64,000 nucleotides of DNA from a virus (lineage: Duplodnaviria; Caudoviricetes), in the IMG/VR virus record IMGVR_UViG_645948442_000001, positions 64,001 to 128,000 of that record; one strand, given 5' to 3'. Made by a program: the position numbers and the translations under genes. A model generated the notes under the pieces. That model did no database searches and had not been told where the DNA came from. It saw only the letters and a list, made by a program, of their open reading frames with translations. Below, one piece after another: positions 52,264 to 63,443 of this stretch; the first letter of the stretch is position 1, and each line of letters begins with the position of its first letter.

Positions 52264-54200
52264 TCAGGAGCTGAGCTTGGACTGAAGGATGGCCCACCCC
52301 ATCCCGGCCCTGAACCAGTTGAGCAACTTCCTCTGCTTGAGTCTGTAGTCCACAGCATCCACATGATCATTGTTCAGTGGGTGACAGAACAGGGTGCGGC
52401 CTGCGAAGGGGAAGCACATGCTGATGCGCTCAGCCCCATCCAATGTGATCTCCTTGCCTGTTGGGATTGCGTGGTACCTGTTGAACGTGATGTCCTCAAG
52501 GAACTTGCCAGGCCTGCAGCATCCCTCCTCGGGCTCACGGTCACCGACGGCCTGTTTGAGCTCCTCATGTGTCAGCCCCAGACCTTGTAGCAGCAGGCCA
52601 GCGTTGAAGGCACCCGTCAATCCCCTGGCCCACAGAGCAGTCAACACATCCCAGAGCTCAGGTGTCTGTTTGACTGCCAGGAAGCCTTGGTCACCAATTG
52701 GGGTGGCCTCCCTTCGTTCAAACTCCCTGAGCAGGAACAGGATGTCCTGCAGCTCGCCATGCATGACCCTCAGCCTGTCTCGCTCGATATGTTTGAATAG
52801 GGGCGGTCGGTTGTCCATGATCAACCTCCCCAGGGTCGATGATCCACCAGGCCCCACGATGCTGATTGTTGCATCAACCGACATGTCAACCCCTGAAGTA
52901 GTCGTGGCCCATGCCACGGAGCTCATCTGCCTCAACATCCAGAGCAGCCTTCACAACAGGGGCGCCCCGGGCCTCGTCAATCGCCTTGTCCAGCGCAGGG
53001 CCGTACTTGGGGCTGAACGAATGACCGCCGCAGTGGATGGTGTCCTGGCCGACCTTGAGTGTGTAGTGCTTGCCAGTCCTGATGTACTGGTAGCGTTCAG
53101 CATCATGGCGCTGGGACGAGACAAAGGGCAGCAGACCCTCAGTGGTGAAGGGTCTGCCGAGGGATGCGTCATTCAGGGCATCCAGCCACTTCTCAGGGAG
53201 ATCGCATTCAGCGCCCAGGCCTGCGTACACATGGGACACCAGGTTACGCAGCTTGCTGTTCTCCACCTTGAGCTCTTCCAGCTTGGCCATGAGCCACTTT
53301 TCATTCTTGGTCATGTTCATCATGCGCTCCTTGAGTACAGGCGTCTTGCGACCACCCAACCAATACCCGTGCTGCCGGCCGTACAGTGCGGGTCATCATT
53401 GACAGCAGCGAGAGCATCCTCGGCCTCTCGCTCAGTGTCGAAGTTCACCACGTTGGTCGCAACGGCACGGCCATTGTCTCTGCTGGGTGAAGCAGAGGAG
53501 ACCGTTGTGATCAAAATTTTGTAACCCATCTATACACTCCTCTTCGGTTCTGCTGGGATGTCCATCCAGCCATCAACGTGGAACTGCTCAGGGTGATCCC
53601 TGATGATCCACCACTTGTTGCTGCCTGCATACTGAGGGTGACCAATGCCCACCTCCCAGTACAGTTCATGATCGTTGTCCTGAGCCCACCATCCAACAAG
53701 CACTGTGCGGATGGTGTCAGGGGCCTTGTCTGTGATCCAGCTCATGTCTTCTTCCTGTTGCGCTTCACTCGCTGCTCGTACACCTTGGGTTGCTCCCTCG
53801 GAGGCGGTGTTGGGATGGGCATCCATGCGTACACCTGACTGTGCGAACAACCCAGACCTCCAGTGTGCCATCTGACACCATGCTCGAAGCAAGGATTGCG
53901 ATCAGGGATCAGCATGCCAACGCCCGTCGCCCAGACCCATGGATCACCCTTCAAGTAGGTGTCCTGGTACCAGTAGCCAATCAACACATCAACCCGATCG
54001 CTGGGGAGACTGTGACTGACTAGTGTCCACTCAGGAGGGAGAGCAGGCAGCTGATCAGCGAAGGCCCTCACCATGCTCAGGGGAAGGCTGTTCTTCATGG
54101 CATACTTGGCCTCTGGTCGAGTCATGATGTCCAGCCCGTTGGCACCCTTGATCTTCGCCTTGCGGCCTGCCTGGATCAGTTGTTCATCTGTGTACTTCAT
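52264..54200 (-). other. Coupled minus-strand operon (53742-54200 and 53530-53745 DUF551-like; 53320-53529; 52886-53323; 52264-52884)
   Basis: The first ATG is 6 nt after TATAAT. W..VS..LP / WM.IP..P DUF551-like motifs. Confidence 0.7.
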
Positions 54201-54223
54201 AGCAGCATTATACCCTACAACAG

Positions 54224-56310
54224 TCAGATCAGCCTAGCCCCAAGGCCCAGCTGCACCCAGTACATCGCATTGAGACAGCGTTTCATGTAATCCCACTCGG
54301 CCTTGGAGTAGATCACTCCCATCACAGGGAATAGCCTGCGGCGATTCACACCATCATCGATCATGGGCATTCGGTAGTGACGCCAGAAGTCGGGCGCCGC
54401 TTCCATGGGTGTCCGCTTGTCCGGGCAGGCCTCTAACAGATCCTCCCGAGAGATGCCTGCCACGTACATGGTGAACCACCATTGATCCGCACTGGTCAAT
54501 CCCACATCGGGTAGACTGATCACTGTGTCAAAGGCGAGGGGAGTCATGATGCTCCCTCGAAGGATACCATGCTTCTGGTAGAGGTCAATGAGCCCTCCGA
54601 TACCCCCAGTCAGGTCTTGCATGGTGTTGTACGCATGCTGGGCACGATCACGAGGGAGGAAGTTGAAGTCAGGCAGTGACATTGTGCTCCCTCAGCGCAG
54701 CAGTGATCATCTTGGCCAACCAGAGCAGCTGATACTTGAGCCGCATCATGTACTCCTGGTTGATGACACCCCAATGCTCATCAACACGGCTCCATGCACA
54801 GTTGTCACCGATGTGAACTCTCGTAGCAACATCGATGTTGTCAGCCCTGGCGAAGTCTGGATGATCCAAGCAGGTGATATAGCCGTTGGGGCTCTTCAAC
54901 AGCTCCCGCCAGTCAGCACGGGTGTAGGGAGGCTTCGCGTCCTCACTCACCAGCTTCTCCCATCCACCCCAACCAGCCATGATCACGAGGGAGCGGAAGG
55001 AGTGAGCAGGGTGTATGGGTGTGCCATATCCATACCTCATCCCATCCATGTCCAGGTAGAGGGGAGTGGCCACAACCTTCTCGCCCATCTCATGATGATA
55101 GGACATGTAGTCAAAGTGGGTGTCCAGTTGCTTACAGATCACCCTCAGTTCATCCCTGACCTTCACCCAGTGATCCAGGTTGCTGGCGGGCAGGTTGATG
55201 CGCCCAGAGGCGGCTCCACTGAATCTGGTCATCGCACCCCCAACTCATGCTTCAGCATGTTGATCACCCAGACGATCTGAGCACGGAGCCTCAACTGGTA
55301 ATGTTGGTTGTCCATTCCCCACACCTCACCAGTCCTGCTCCATGCCCTGACGATATGACCCATGTGCTTGTGTGTCGCGCCGTCGATGTCTGACTCCTTG
55401 GTGAAGTCTTCATGATCGAGGCAGGTGATGAAGCCCTCCATCCCTTCATAGCATGCACGCCAATCATCACGAGCATAGGGAGGCTGGGCATTCTCACTCA
55501 ACATCTCAACGAAGTCACGTCCACCCACATTGCGCATGATCGAACGGAAGGAGTGGACTGGCAGGATTTCATGCCTGCTGTAGATAGCAGCAGTGATGTC
55601 CTCGTAGAGGGGAGTAGGCACCACAACCTTGCCCATCTCATGGAAGTTCTCATCAGACATGTGGCCCATGTGTTGGAGCATCAGTTGTCTGATCTCTTGC
55701 AACTTCTCGAGCACCCCCTTGTAGTGCTCATGCTTGTCTGCAGGGATACTGATGCTTCCTTCACCATATTTCTCGAATCTCGCCATCATTCACTCCTTCC
55801 GGCCCTACTCAGGCCTGTCATCACCCAATCAAGTCCCATAGCCATCTTCTGCTGAGCGATTCTGCTCTGATCAGTCATCAATTCGCCTGCTGGCGTGAAC
55901 AACACGTTGGCATCCATCTGTCCTGGGGCGTTAGGGTCTTCACCAGGCTTGACGGGGAACACATTCCCATAGATGCCCTTGTAGTCCTTCAAGAACTCAC
56001 CGTCGCCCTTACGAGCGTTAGGAGGCCTCACCCTTGGGACCCCCTTCTTCTCAGTGCGCACCACGTAGTCAACGAACTCACTGATGGTGCACACATCTGT
56101 GTACCACAACACCGACCTGAACGATGCTCCAGCCCACAAATCAGGGGGCAACAAGTTCATACAGTCAACGTACAAGGCATCATCCTTCACCACCTGCCCC
56201 ACCTCTGTCTGGTGTGACAACATGGTGATTGCTCTCCACACCCCCTTGAGTGTTTCCAAAGCCTGCTCTCGCTTCCCAGCGGGCATGCTGCTGAAGTCAA
56301 TTAAGTTCAT
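54224..56310 (-). repeat. Tandem paralogous genes (54224-54682, 54669-55232, 55229-55789, 55786-56310)
   Basis: 54669 and 55229 share EMG.KV..TPLY.D, HSFRS, PPY.R.DWR, G.ITCLDH.DF and AWSR..E.WG. 55786 shares EVG....LY.D..SFRS. 54224 shares only a weak N-terminal likeness to 55786. Confidence 0.7.
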
Positions 56311-56490
56311 GATTCTATGACCCTTTTCACAAAGTAAGTCATTTGGTTAATTTAAGTGGTTAACTTACGTTCTCTGTACGACGGGTCAACAAATGGGTTA
56401 CAGGCCAATAAACCCCTGTACTCTATGGGCTTTCTGGCCTTCTCAACGCGCAGTTGCTGATGATTTTGCTGGTAAAGTTAAGTGGCTTGG

Positions 56491-57162
56491 TTAATTGCCC
56501 TTGCCGGTCACCCTCAACTCACCGAACATGGTCTTCACCCCGGGTTCATGCATCATGCGCAGAGGGGATTTGGAGCTCAAGTCCTCCGAAGCCCGCTTCA
56601 TCGATTCTACCAACAATGACTTGAGTTCACTCAAGTCCTTTGTGTCTATTGTCAGTTTGATTGGTGCCTTGACTACCTCACCAATCTTCATCGCGGGCTT
56701 CATCGAGTAAGCCTCCAGGGCCTCCTTCAGCCACTCCACCTGTGCTATGATCGACCAAGCCCGCTTGCTCAGCTTCTCGTTGATGACAGACCCCATGGTT
56801 GGGTACATGCACCAGTAGTCACCCAAAGAGTCATTGGACCCCGCCTCTGGCATGGGATGACCCTTCTCGTACCAAGAGAGGAAGGGTTCAAAGCCACTGA
56901 CCATATTACAAAGACGTTCACGAACAACCTTGCCGTTGACGAAAGGGGTGATGTAGTCGATGACCTCGGTCCTTTCGTAATCAGGCAGAAGGCTCCTGCG
57001 GTACTCGCCCTGGGCCACCTCCATCAGATAGGGGTTCTCGGCCAGGCGCCTGTTTCCCAAGGTGTACAGTTGCCAGTCGGCGTGCTCCAAACGCTCCTTC
57101 GCGTTCTTGATCACCACGCTGAGCAGCTGGATCGCTTCCAATGAGGTGCGTTTCTTGGCCAT
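56491..57162 (-). CDS. Hypothetical protein
   Basis: ACTGGAG SD after a minus-strand cassette promoter. Confidence 0.7.
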   Translation of the reverse strand: MAKKRTSLEAIQLLSVVIKNAKERLEHADWQLYTLGNRRLAENPYLMEVAQGEYRRSLLPDYERTEVIDYITPFVNGKVVRERLCNMVSGFEPFLSWYEKGHPMPEAGSNDSLGDYWCMYPTMGSVINEKLSKRAWSIIAQVEWLKEALEAYSMKPAMKIGEVVKAPIKLTIDTKDLSELKSLLVESMKRASEDLSSKSPLRMMHEPGVKTMFGELRVTGKGN

Positions 57163-57243
57163 TCAATCTCTCCAGTGTTGTTGCTACATGACGCGCCATT
57201 ATAGCTGAAAAGCAAAAGCCCCTTCACAAGGAAGGGGCTTTGT

Positions 57244-58319
57244 TCAGACTGCGCCCATTCTGTGGACGTACAGCTGCTCGTCGATCAAGTCTCTCAACCA
57301 GAACCACTGAGCCACGTTCTTGATCATGTAGCTGAAGGATTCAGTGTGCTTGCCCGTCTCATGCCCGTTGGCTGGGAAGGCAACCCATTTGGCGTTGTAC
57401 CAATCGCGCTTGTTGTCTACGTCGTTGTTACCCACAGTGTAGAAGCAGTCAGAGGAGACTTTCTCGCCTCTGAATGGCATGGGGTCATCAGATATCCCCT
57501 TCCCTTGAAGCAACCCCGTCTCGGCCATTTGCTTCCAGACGTTGTGGTCGAACAGTTGGAGCACAACGTCGAACAAAATGTCCTGAGTGCCCAAACCCTC
57601 ATCATGAAGAGCAGTCAACACGTCTCTGTAGAGAGGATCGACTTTCATCACGCCCGGCTCTTTGGCGTACAGCCTCACCTGGGCCATCAACTGGGTAATG
57701 CGCTTCAGGCTCCGGCTTGCCTCTCTGAGCTTCTCAGTTGGGATGGCGTCCCACATTTCTTGCGCGTTCATATGCGTATCCCCCTGCGATAAAGCTCAAG
57801 CGCCACCATCAACATGAACTCTCCACACTGCTTGCGGTTCTGTTCGATGTACCAGACCTCCTGGCGGGTAAAGTCTGAACCAGGCGGCACGTAGGCGTTG
57901 TGGTCGGTTTCATCGAAGTAGAGGGTCTCAGCCTCCTGGGGAGTATCACCCACGGTGCATAGGGTGTTGCCCCAGTCAATGGACTTCATGCTGGGCAAAG
58001 GGGAGCCGTGTTCCTTGGTGTACAACATGAGTTGATCGAACAAACTATCCTCGCCAAACAAGTCAACGATGAGCTCGTACAGGGTGCCTGTGTTGTCGAA
58101 TGAACTCAGCCCCGCATGCTCACCCAGCACGGAGTACACGTCCTCGTTGTTGGGTGTGGACGGCCAGTTGAACTGATCCTTCGAAGAAGTCAACACCATA
58201 GCCGCCAGGTCATTCACGTGCTCTGTCCAGGCTTTGGCGAACCCGCACCACTTTCTCCAGGCGCTGACCATTTCTTCATCGTTAACGCCCTTGAATATGT
58301 CTGCCTTTCCCTTCATCAC
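57244..58319 (-). other. Two hypothetical genes (57244-57771, 57768-58319), related to neighbouring paralogs
   Basis: Coupled ORFs sharing YTVG/CTVG...AFP/AYVP motifs. Confidence 0.65.
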
Positions 58320-58844
58320 CCTCTCCTTTGCCTTTCGGCCCTGACTAGCCCCATGAACTCTTCACACTGCCTGTAGTTGGCCAAGATGTAATTCAAGTCC
58401 TCCTCCGCAAAGCATGACCCCATAGGCACGAATGCGTTCCAACTTGTACCGTTGTACAGTTTGATGGCCGCTTCCTTGTCCTTGCCCACCGTGACGTAGC
58501 TGCCGCGCCAGTCGCCTTTGGTCAGGGGTCCACATGGGAGTGCCCTTCTTGTGGGTGAACTCCAGCAGTTCAAGGTAGACGTCGTTGCCGCCGAACAAGT
58601 ACGTGGTGATATCCACCAGAGTGTCCATCTCACTCATCTCAAGCGGCAAACGGGCATCGTTGTCCATGTTGATGGGCGTCTGGGGCCAGAGCGTTTCCTT
58701 GGCCCCTTCGGGTCTGCTTCTCCAGACCCCGTTGATACCATTGATGTGCTCACGCCAATAGGTCCTGATGCGGCCCCAATGGCTGATTGCCTTGTCCAAC
58801 TCCGCATTGGTGAGGCTGTGGAATATCTCTTCTACCTTGCTCAT
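58316..58844 (-). pseudogene. Frameshifted paralog of 57768-58319
   Basis: The N-half (MSKVEEIF...KKGTPM) and C-half (DWRGSYVTVG...NAFVPMGS..RQCEEFM) lie in different frames, switching near 58520-58535. Confidence 0.65.
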
Positions 58845-60174
58845 TTGCGCACCCTCGGTTTGCTGGCTCGCTCTGCCTGACGGGCTGAATCCCTCAGCCA
58901 ACGCTCCAGTATTCTGAAGTTGTACCACTGACCATCAGTGTGCTTGTAGACAATGCGGCCCTTCACCTTCTTGAGCGCCCGGGCACGCTGGGATGTGATC
59001 TTCACACCCATACAGAAGCCGCCCTCATCAATCGACTTGATGTGGTAACCCAGCTGGTGGCGTGGGTTGTACTTGTTGTAGTCGTGTGAAGGGGTATTGT
59101 TGGCCAGCCAAGCCACCAGAGCCGCCCGCCTGATGTGTCCTGCGTAGTACACATGGCATTCTTTCAGGTCTTCCAGCGTAGCCCAACCCACTTGAACGGT
59201 GTCTGGGACATCGTATGACTGCTTCTCCTCTTCACTGGGGTAGGCATCCCACCACTCGCCAGTGCCCGTGATGGTCGAGCCATCAACCATGGGTATGGCG
59301 ATGGTACGTCCGCCAAAAGCCTTGAACGAGTCACTGGCTCCCTCGTGCCGGTAGAAGTTGAACACCAGGCGGTCAGGGTCACTGCCCACCAGCAGATCGC
59401 CCTGGTTGCCTCTCCCCTTGGAAAGAGACTTGCACCTGACGTATGCCTTGTCCTTGTTGCCTTCGACCAGTACCATGACCTGCGGTTTGTCCGAATAGTC
59501 ATTGTAGGTCATGATCACATCTTTGATCTTCATTTCCTGCCCCTGAATGCGCCTCTGCGGAGTTCAAATGGTGTGGTTTCCAAGTACAAAGGTATGGAGA
59601 CCAACCCCTTGGTGTACAGATGCCTCGCCACGTCTGCGCGGTTGAATAAATCCTCGTCATCCCTCAGCTCCTTTCGGACCTGCTCCATGATCACGGCCAG
59701 GGCGCAACGGCTCCTGTTCAGATCGATGTACCAGGGTTGGCGCGGTTCATCGTTCCAGTGAATGGAGTTGGTGACGTAGGGCATAATGGGATCGTGCCCG
59801 CGCCACAGTTTGTCGATCAACACATCAACCAATCTGATGATGGTGATGCTTCTGCTATCAAACGCGCTGACTATGCCCACCACATGATCGATGCTGCGTT
59901 GATGGTTGAACGACACCTGCAATTTGAACAGGTGGCTGTCCAGCTCAACCAGAGCCTCAAGGAACTTCCTGGTCAACCCAGGCGACTTGAAGGGGAGAGC
60001 CTGTGGATCCTCATCGCGCCAGTACAACACGAGAGATTGTTTCATGTGGACATCCACCTCGGACCTTGCGATGAAGCCCTTGACGACATCGGCCCAGGCG
60101 GCCAACAATAAGACACTCACGATCAAGAGAAGCCACAGTGGCGGTGGGCCAATCGCATTCATCAGTTCAAACAT
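58841..60174 (-). other. Two hypothetical genes (58841-59533, 59530-60174)
   Basis: Follow the cassette promoter at ~60200 and are coupled. 59530 has an N-terminal TM helix. Confidence 0.65.
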
Positions 60175-60244
60175 ACAAACTCCAGTTGTTGATCCAACAT
60201 TATAGCTGAAAAGCAAAAGCCCCTTCACAGGGAAGGGGCTTTGT

Positions 60245-61603
60245 TCAAGTTTGGTGGTGCTTGACCAACCGTTTGAGGGCTTTCAGGGCCCAGTTCATCT
60301 GCACCTCGTTACGCCGGTGCCATTCCACCTGCCAGGGCTCCAACGCATCCCTGCCCCAGCAACCACATTCACCGAATGCTTCAGCGTTCACCTCACTTCT
60401 GTCTCCTCCGCTGGACTTAAACTCAGCCGGGGCTTCCACGCCAGTTTCATTCGGTCCTGCATAGGGAGGCCGCCCGGCTTGCTCTATCAACCAACCCAGG
60501 GCAGCCAAGAATGTGTCGGGGTCGTAGTCAGGACCACCATTAGAGTAGTCATAGTACAGGACTTCAGCGAAGGCACCGGCCACACAGGCCCCATCGATGT
60601 CGTGATTGATGTCGATCGATTTGTTCCTGAAGTCCTCCAGAATGGCCTCGTCGACATCCACCTTGGACGGGTATTGGTACAGGTGCAGCCAGTGCTCCAG
60701 CAGCTCTATCATGACGGGAGCCAACCTAAGCAGGCGCCCCAGAGTCATTTTAGATGGAGAGTCCATTGGTCGCCCTCATCCAGCTGTTGCGTGCGGTGTT
60801 GGACTTGAACTCCTGGACCGTCTCAGTGTGACCGCAAACTGTGCAGACCCTGGTCACCTGAGCCCCCACTATCCTGCGCTGTTGGTTGCGCCGGTTCTTC
60901 TGGAGGGGTGCGATCACCATGTCCTCTGTCTCAACGGCCACCATGCGGTGCCGCCCTGCCTTGCAGTGAGACAGCTGCCAGTGATAGCGCAGCGTCTCCA
61001 ACATTTCCTTCAACCACTTCCTCATTTGAGCATCCTCCTCTTTGTGAGCTCTCTAGCCAAGGCTCTGTACGGCTGTACAGCAGCCCATTGAGCGTTGAAA
61101 GGGAACCTGTCTCGGTCAACCGCTTTGGGTATAACATCCCAAAGGTCGATGTTGAATTTGCGGACAGCTCCCTCTATGATCATCGCAGCCTCCAAGGGTT
61201 CCTGCTGCGCATTGATCAGTAAGTCGTAGGAACCCATCTTGTTGGGCTCCAGTTGACTGGGTTGGATGTCTCGAACCTCCCGGGTCATCCAATCCTTCAG
61301 AGCAGCCTTCATGCTGTCGTATTGATTGGGCTGGACCCTGTAGAAGATGCTTGGCCCCTGGAGTTGGACATACATCCAGTAATCCTCCAACGGCACCCCA
61401 TCCATGTGCATGCGGCTGGCCAGAGCAACAGACCCTCGGGCCTTCTGGTCGCCCTGCTTGAACCGACCCAGGAAGGTGTTCAGGGTGTAGCTGGTCTTCC
61501 AGTTGTATCCCTCGCCATCCAGTTCTCCGAGCAGGGTGAGCCTCCATGAATGGATCGCCTTGATCATCACCAGGCCGCGCGCCATTGCTTCTTGTAGCGA
61601 CAC
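60245..61603 (-). other. Three coupled hypothetical genes (60245-60766, 60750-61025, 61022-61603)
   Basis: Overlapping start/stop codons. Confidence 0.65.
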
Positions 61604-61850
61604 CTATATCCTCCAGCAAGTCATCAATCTGTAGGTCGATCAAATCATCGTTGTCCGCGCCTTGGGCTATGGCCCTGTGTACGTGTCCTTTGGGATGCAG
61701 CACGCAGCAGTTGGACCCAGGCCTATGTGGGAACGGATGACCTCCACAACCACAAGGCTTGAAGTGATCATGTTGGGCCTGATGCTTGAGCAGACTCTCA
61801 GCCGTCGCCCTCCTTGTCCTACACACGGGACAACGATGTGATTTTTCCAT
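61600..61850 (-). CDS. C2H2-type zinc finger protein (3' end uncertain); probably leaderless
   Basis: CPVC-x12-HQAQH followed by CGC..H..H....CC..H. The ATG is 6 nt after TATAAT. The frame runs on to 61116. Confidence 0.6.
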
Positions 61851-61920
61851 GTGTCTATTATAGCCTGAAAACAAAAGCCCCTCCGGGTTGGAGGGGCTCA
61901 AGTCATTTACGCTTCTTGGG

Positions 61921-63354
61921 TCAGATGGTGTAGTTGGCCTTGGCCGCCTCCAGCTGGGCAATGATGCTGGGCAGATCATCGGCCTCGGCCTTGTCAACGC
62001 GGAAGGTCTTGATGTTCACCCGGGGCAGGAACAGCGAGTGCTTGTCGTTGTCCCTGGAAGGCGCCATGATGTCGTTGGCCGTCACCTTGAACACGCCGCC
62101 GATGTACTTGGCCTTGTTCTTGTGCAGTTCAGCCCGGTCCTTGTCGCTGATGCCTGTGGCAGACACCTTCAGCAGACCGTCAGACGACTCCAGTTCCATC
62201 GATCCGAAGGTGGATGCGTTCTTGCCGTTGGCATCACCGGCCTTGAAGGCAGTCAGTATCAGGTCCACGGTGAACTCGATCTTGAACTTGATCTGGTCAG
62301 GGTTGTCACCGTCGCGCCAGATGGCATTGGAAGCCTTCAGCACGGTGCCTTCCAGACCACGAGCCAGGGCTTCGCGCAGGTGATCCAGGGCTTCGCCGAC
62401 GGTCCACACCATGCGGGTTTCGATGGGGGTGATGGTCTTGCCGCCTGCGAACACACGGTTCACGAAGCCGAAGCGTTCGATGTACGGCATGTCGTAGCGA
62501 CCCTTGGAGACCGCATTTTCCAAAGGGATGGCATCCCAGACGTGCATGACCACGCGGTGACCTTCAGGTATCTCCGAGCCTTGCTTGAGCAGGCTGTTGA
62601 ACACGCCGTTGCCTTCAGCCCGGGACATCAGCTTGCCATCAGGCCCTTCGATCATCAGCTCGCCATGAAGCTGCATGCCCTTCATGTCGTTGTAGCGGGC
62701 CACCATGTCTGCATTGAGACCGGCCCAGGCCTGGATGATCTGACCGTCAGCGGAACGGACAGGGAACAGGCGACCGTTGCGCGTCTGCACCTTGAGACCT
62801 TCACTGCCCAGGGTGACGTTGGCGTACTCGCCGTCAGCCTTGATCTGGGACAGCTTGACCGTTTCCCAGCGGCCATCCTTCATCGTCCACTTGCGGATGT
62901 TGGAATCCTTGGGCAACACGCAGCGCTGGTAGGGCACCAAGGTCAGGAAGTGCTCGCCGAAGACGTCGTTGATCGACTTCTCGGCCAGTCCAGCGCTCAG
63001 GGTACGGCGGACCACCAGGTCCAGCAGGTCCCAGCTGGTGACGTTGGCGTGCTTGTTGATGAAGCCCTGGATGGCGTTGGCCACTTCCAGCCGCTTGGAC
63101 AGCGTGCGGTTGGTCAACTTGCCCACCAACTCAGTCAGGTCCACGATGAACTCGTCCTCATTGAACTCGTTGGTGTGACCAGGCACGCCGACGCCGTCAG
63201 GCAGCTCGGTCATGTACATGTTGGTGAGCGGCTCCAACGTCAAGTGGACGAAGCTCAGGAAGTTGGGGTTGTCCTTGAGGGTGGCCAGGTAGGCTTTCTT
63301 GTCCTTGGTGCCGGTCAGGGAGCGGAGATGTTCGATGTGCTGGAGAATGTTCAT
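61921..63354 (-). CDS. ATP-dependent DNA ligase (T4 gp30-like)
   Basis: KADG adenylation motif, TRNG, LHGEL, VWDAIP, EGTVLK, QIKFK and SLFLPR motifs. Confidence 0.93.
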   Translation of the reverse strand: MNILQHIEHLRSLTGTKDKKAYLATLKDNPNFLSFVHLTLEPLTNMYMTELPDGVGVPGHTNEFNEDEFIVDLTELVGKLTNRTLSKRLEVANAIQGFINKHANVTSWDLLDLVVRRTLSAGLAEKSINDVFGEHFLTLVPYQRCVLPKDSNIRKWTMKDGRWETVKLSQIKADGEYANVTLGSEGLKVQTRNGRLFPVRSADGQIIQAWAGLNADMVARYNDMKGMQLHGELMIEGPDGKLMSRAEGNGVFNSLLKQGSEIPEGHRVVMHVWDAIPLENAVSKGRYDMPYIERFGFVNRVFAGGKTITPIETRMVWTVGEALDHLREALARGLEGTVLKASNAIWRDGDNPDQIKFKIEFTVDLILTAFKAGDANGKNASTFGSMELESSDGLLKVSATGISDKDRAELHKNKAKYIGGVFKVTANDIMAPSRDNDKHSLFLPRVNIKTFRVDKAEADDLPSIIAQLEAAKANYTI

Positions 63355-63443
63355 GCTTACTTCATCTGGTTACAAAAGAAAGCCCCTCCGGGTGGAGGGG
63401 CCGGGCTCAGCCTATTATAGCTGAGATTTGAGGCCGGTAGGAT

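Larger units (their letters stand above)
14448..63420. repeat. Dispersed family of stop-codon/terminator/promoter cassettes
   Basis: AAAGCCCCT..AGGGGCTTT hairpin followed by TATAAT/TATACT at ~14454, 15741, 16926, 22828, 24524, 26155, 27868, 34711, 35383, 36946, 37549, 37886, 41809, 42708, 43027, 47191, 50069, 51081, 51711 (+) and ~57200, 60200, 61860, 63400 (-). Variants occur at 2433 and 9754. Confidence 0.9.

Noticed and set aside
15668-61997. ORF-track starts running through the cassette repeats (e.g. 15668, 24518, 59530-60228, 61997)
   Set aside because: These extensions translate the terminator/promoter repeat. The true starts lie downstream of TATAAT.
14448-63420. Hairpin repeats as a CRISPR array or attC integron sites
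   Set aside because: Spacing is hundreds to thousands of nt with whole genes in between, the repeats vary in sequence, there are no cas or integrase genes in the window, and there is no attC RYYYAAC/GTTRRRY architecture.
2664-63420. Long antisense ORFs (e.g. 2664-3707, 4168-5445, 13128-14435, 31635-32849, 61888-63420)
   Set aside because: They are shadows of real genes caused by strong codon bias in GC-rich DNA, and have no motifs or SD.
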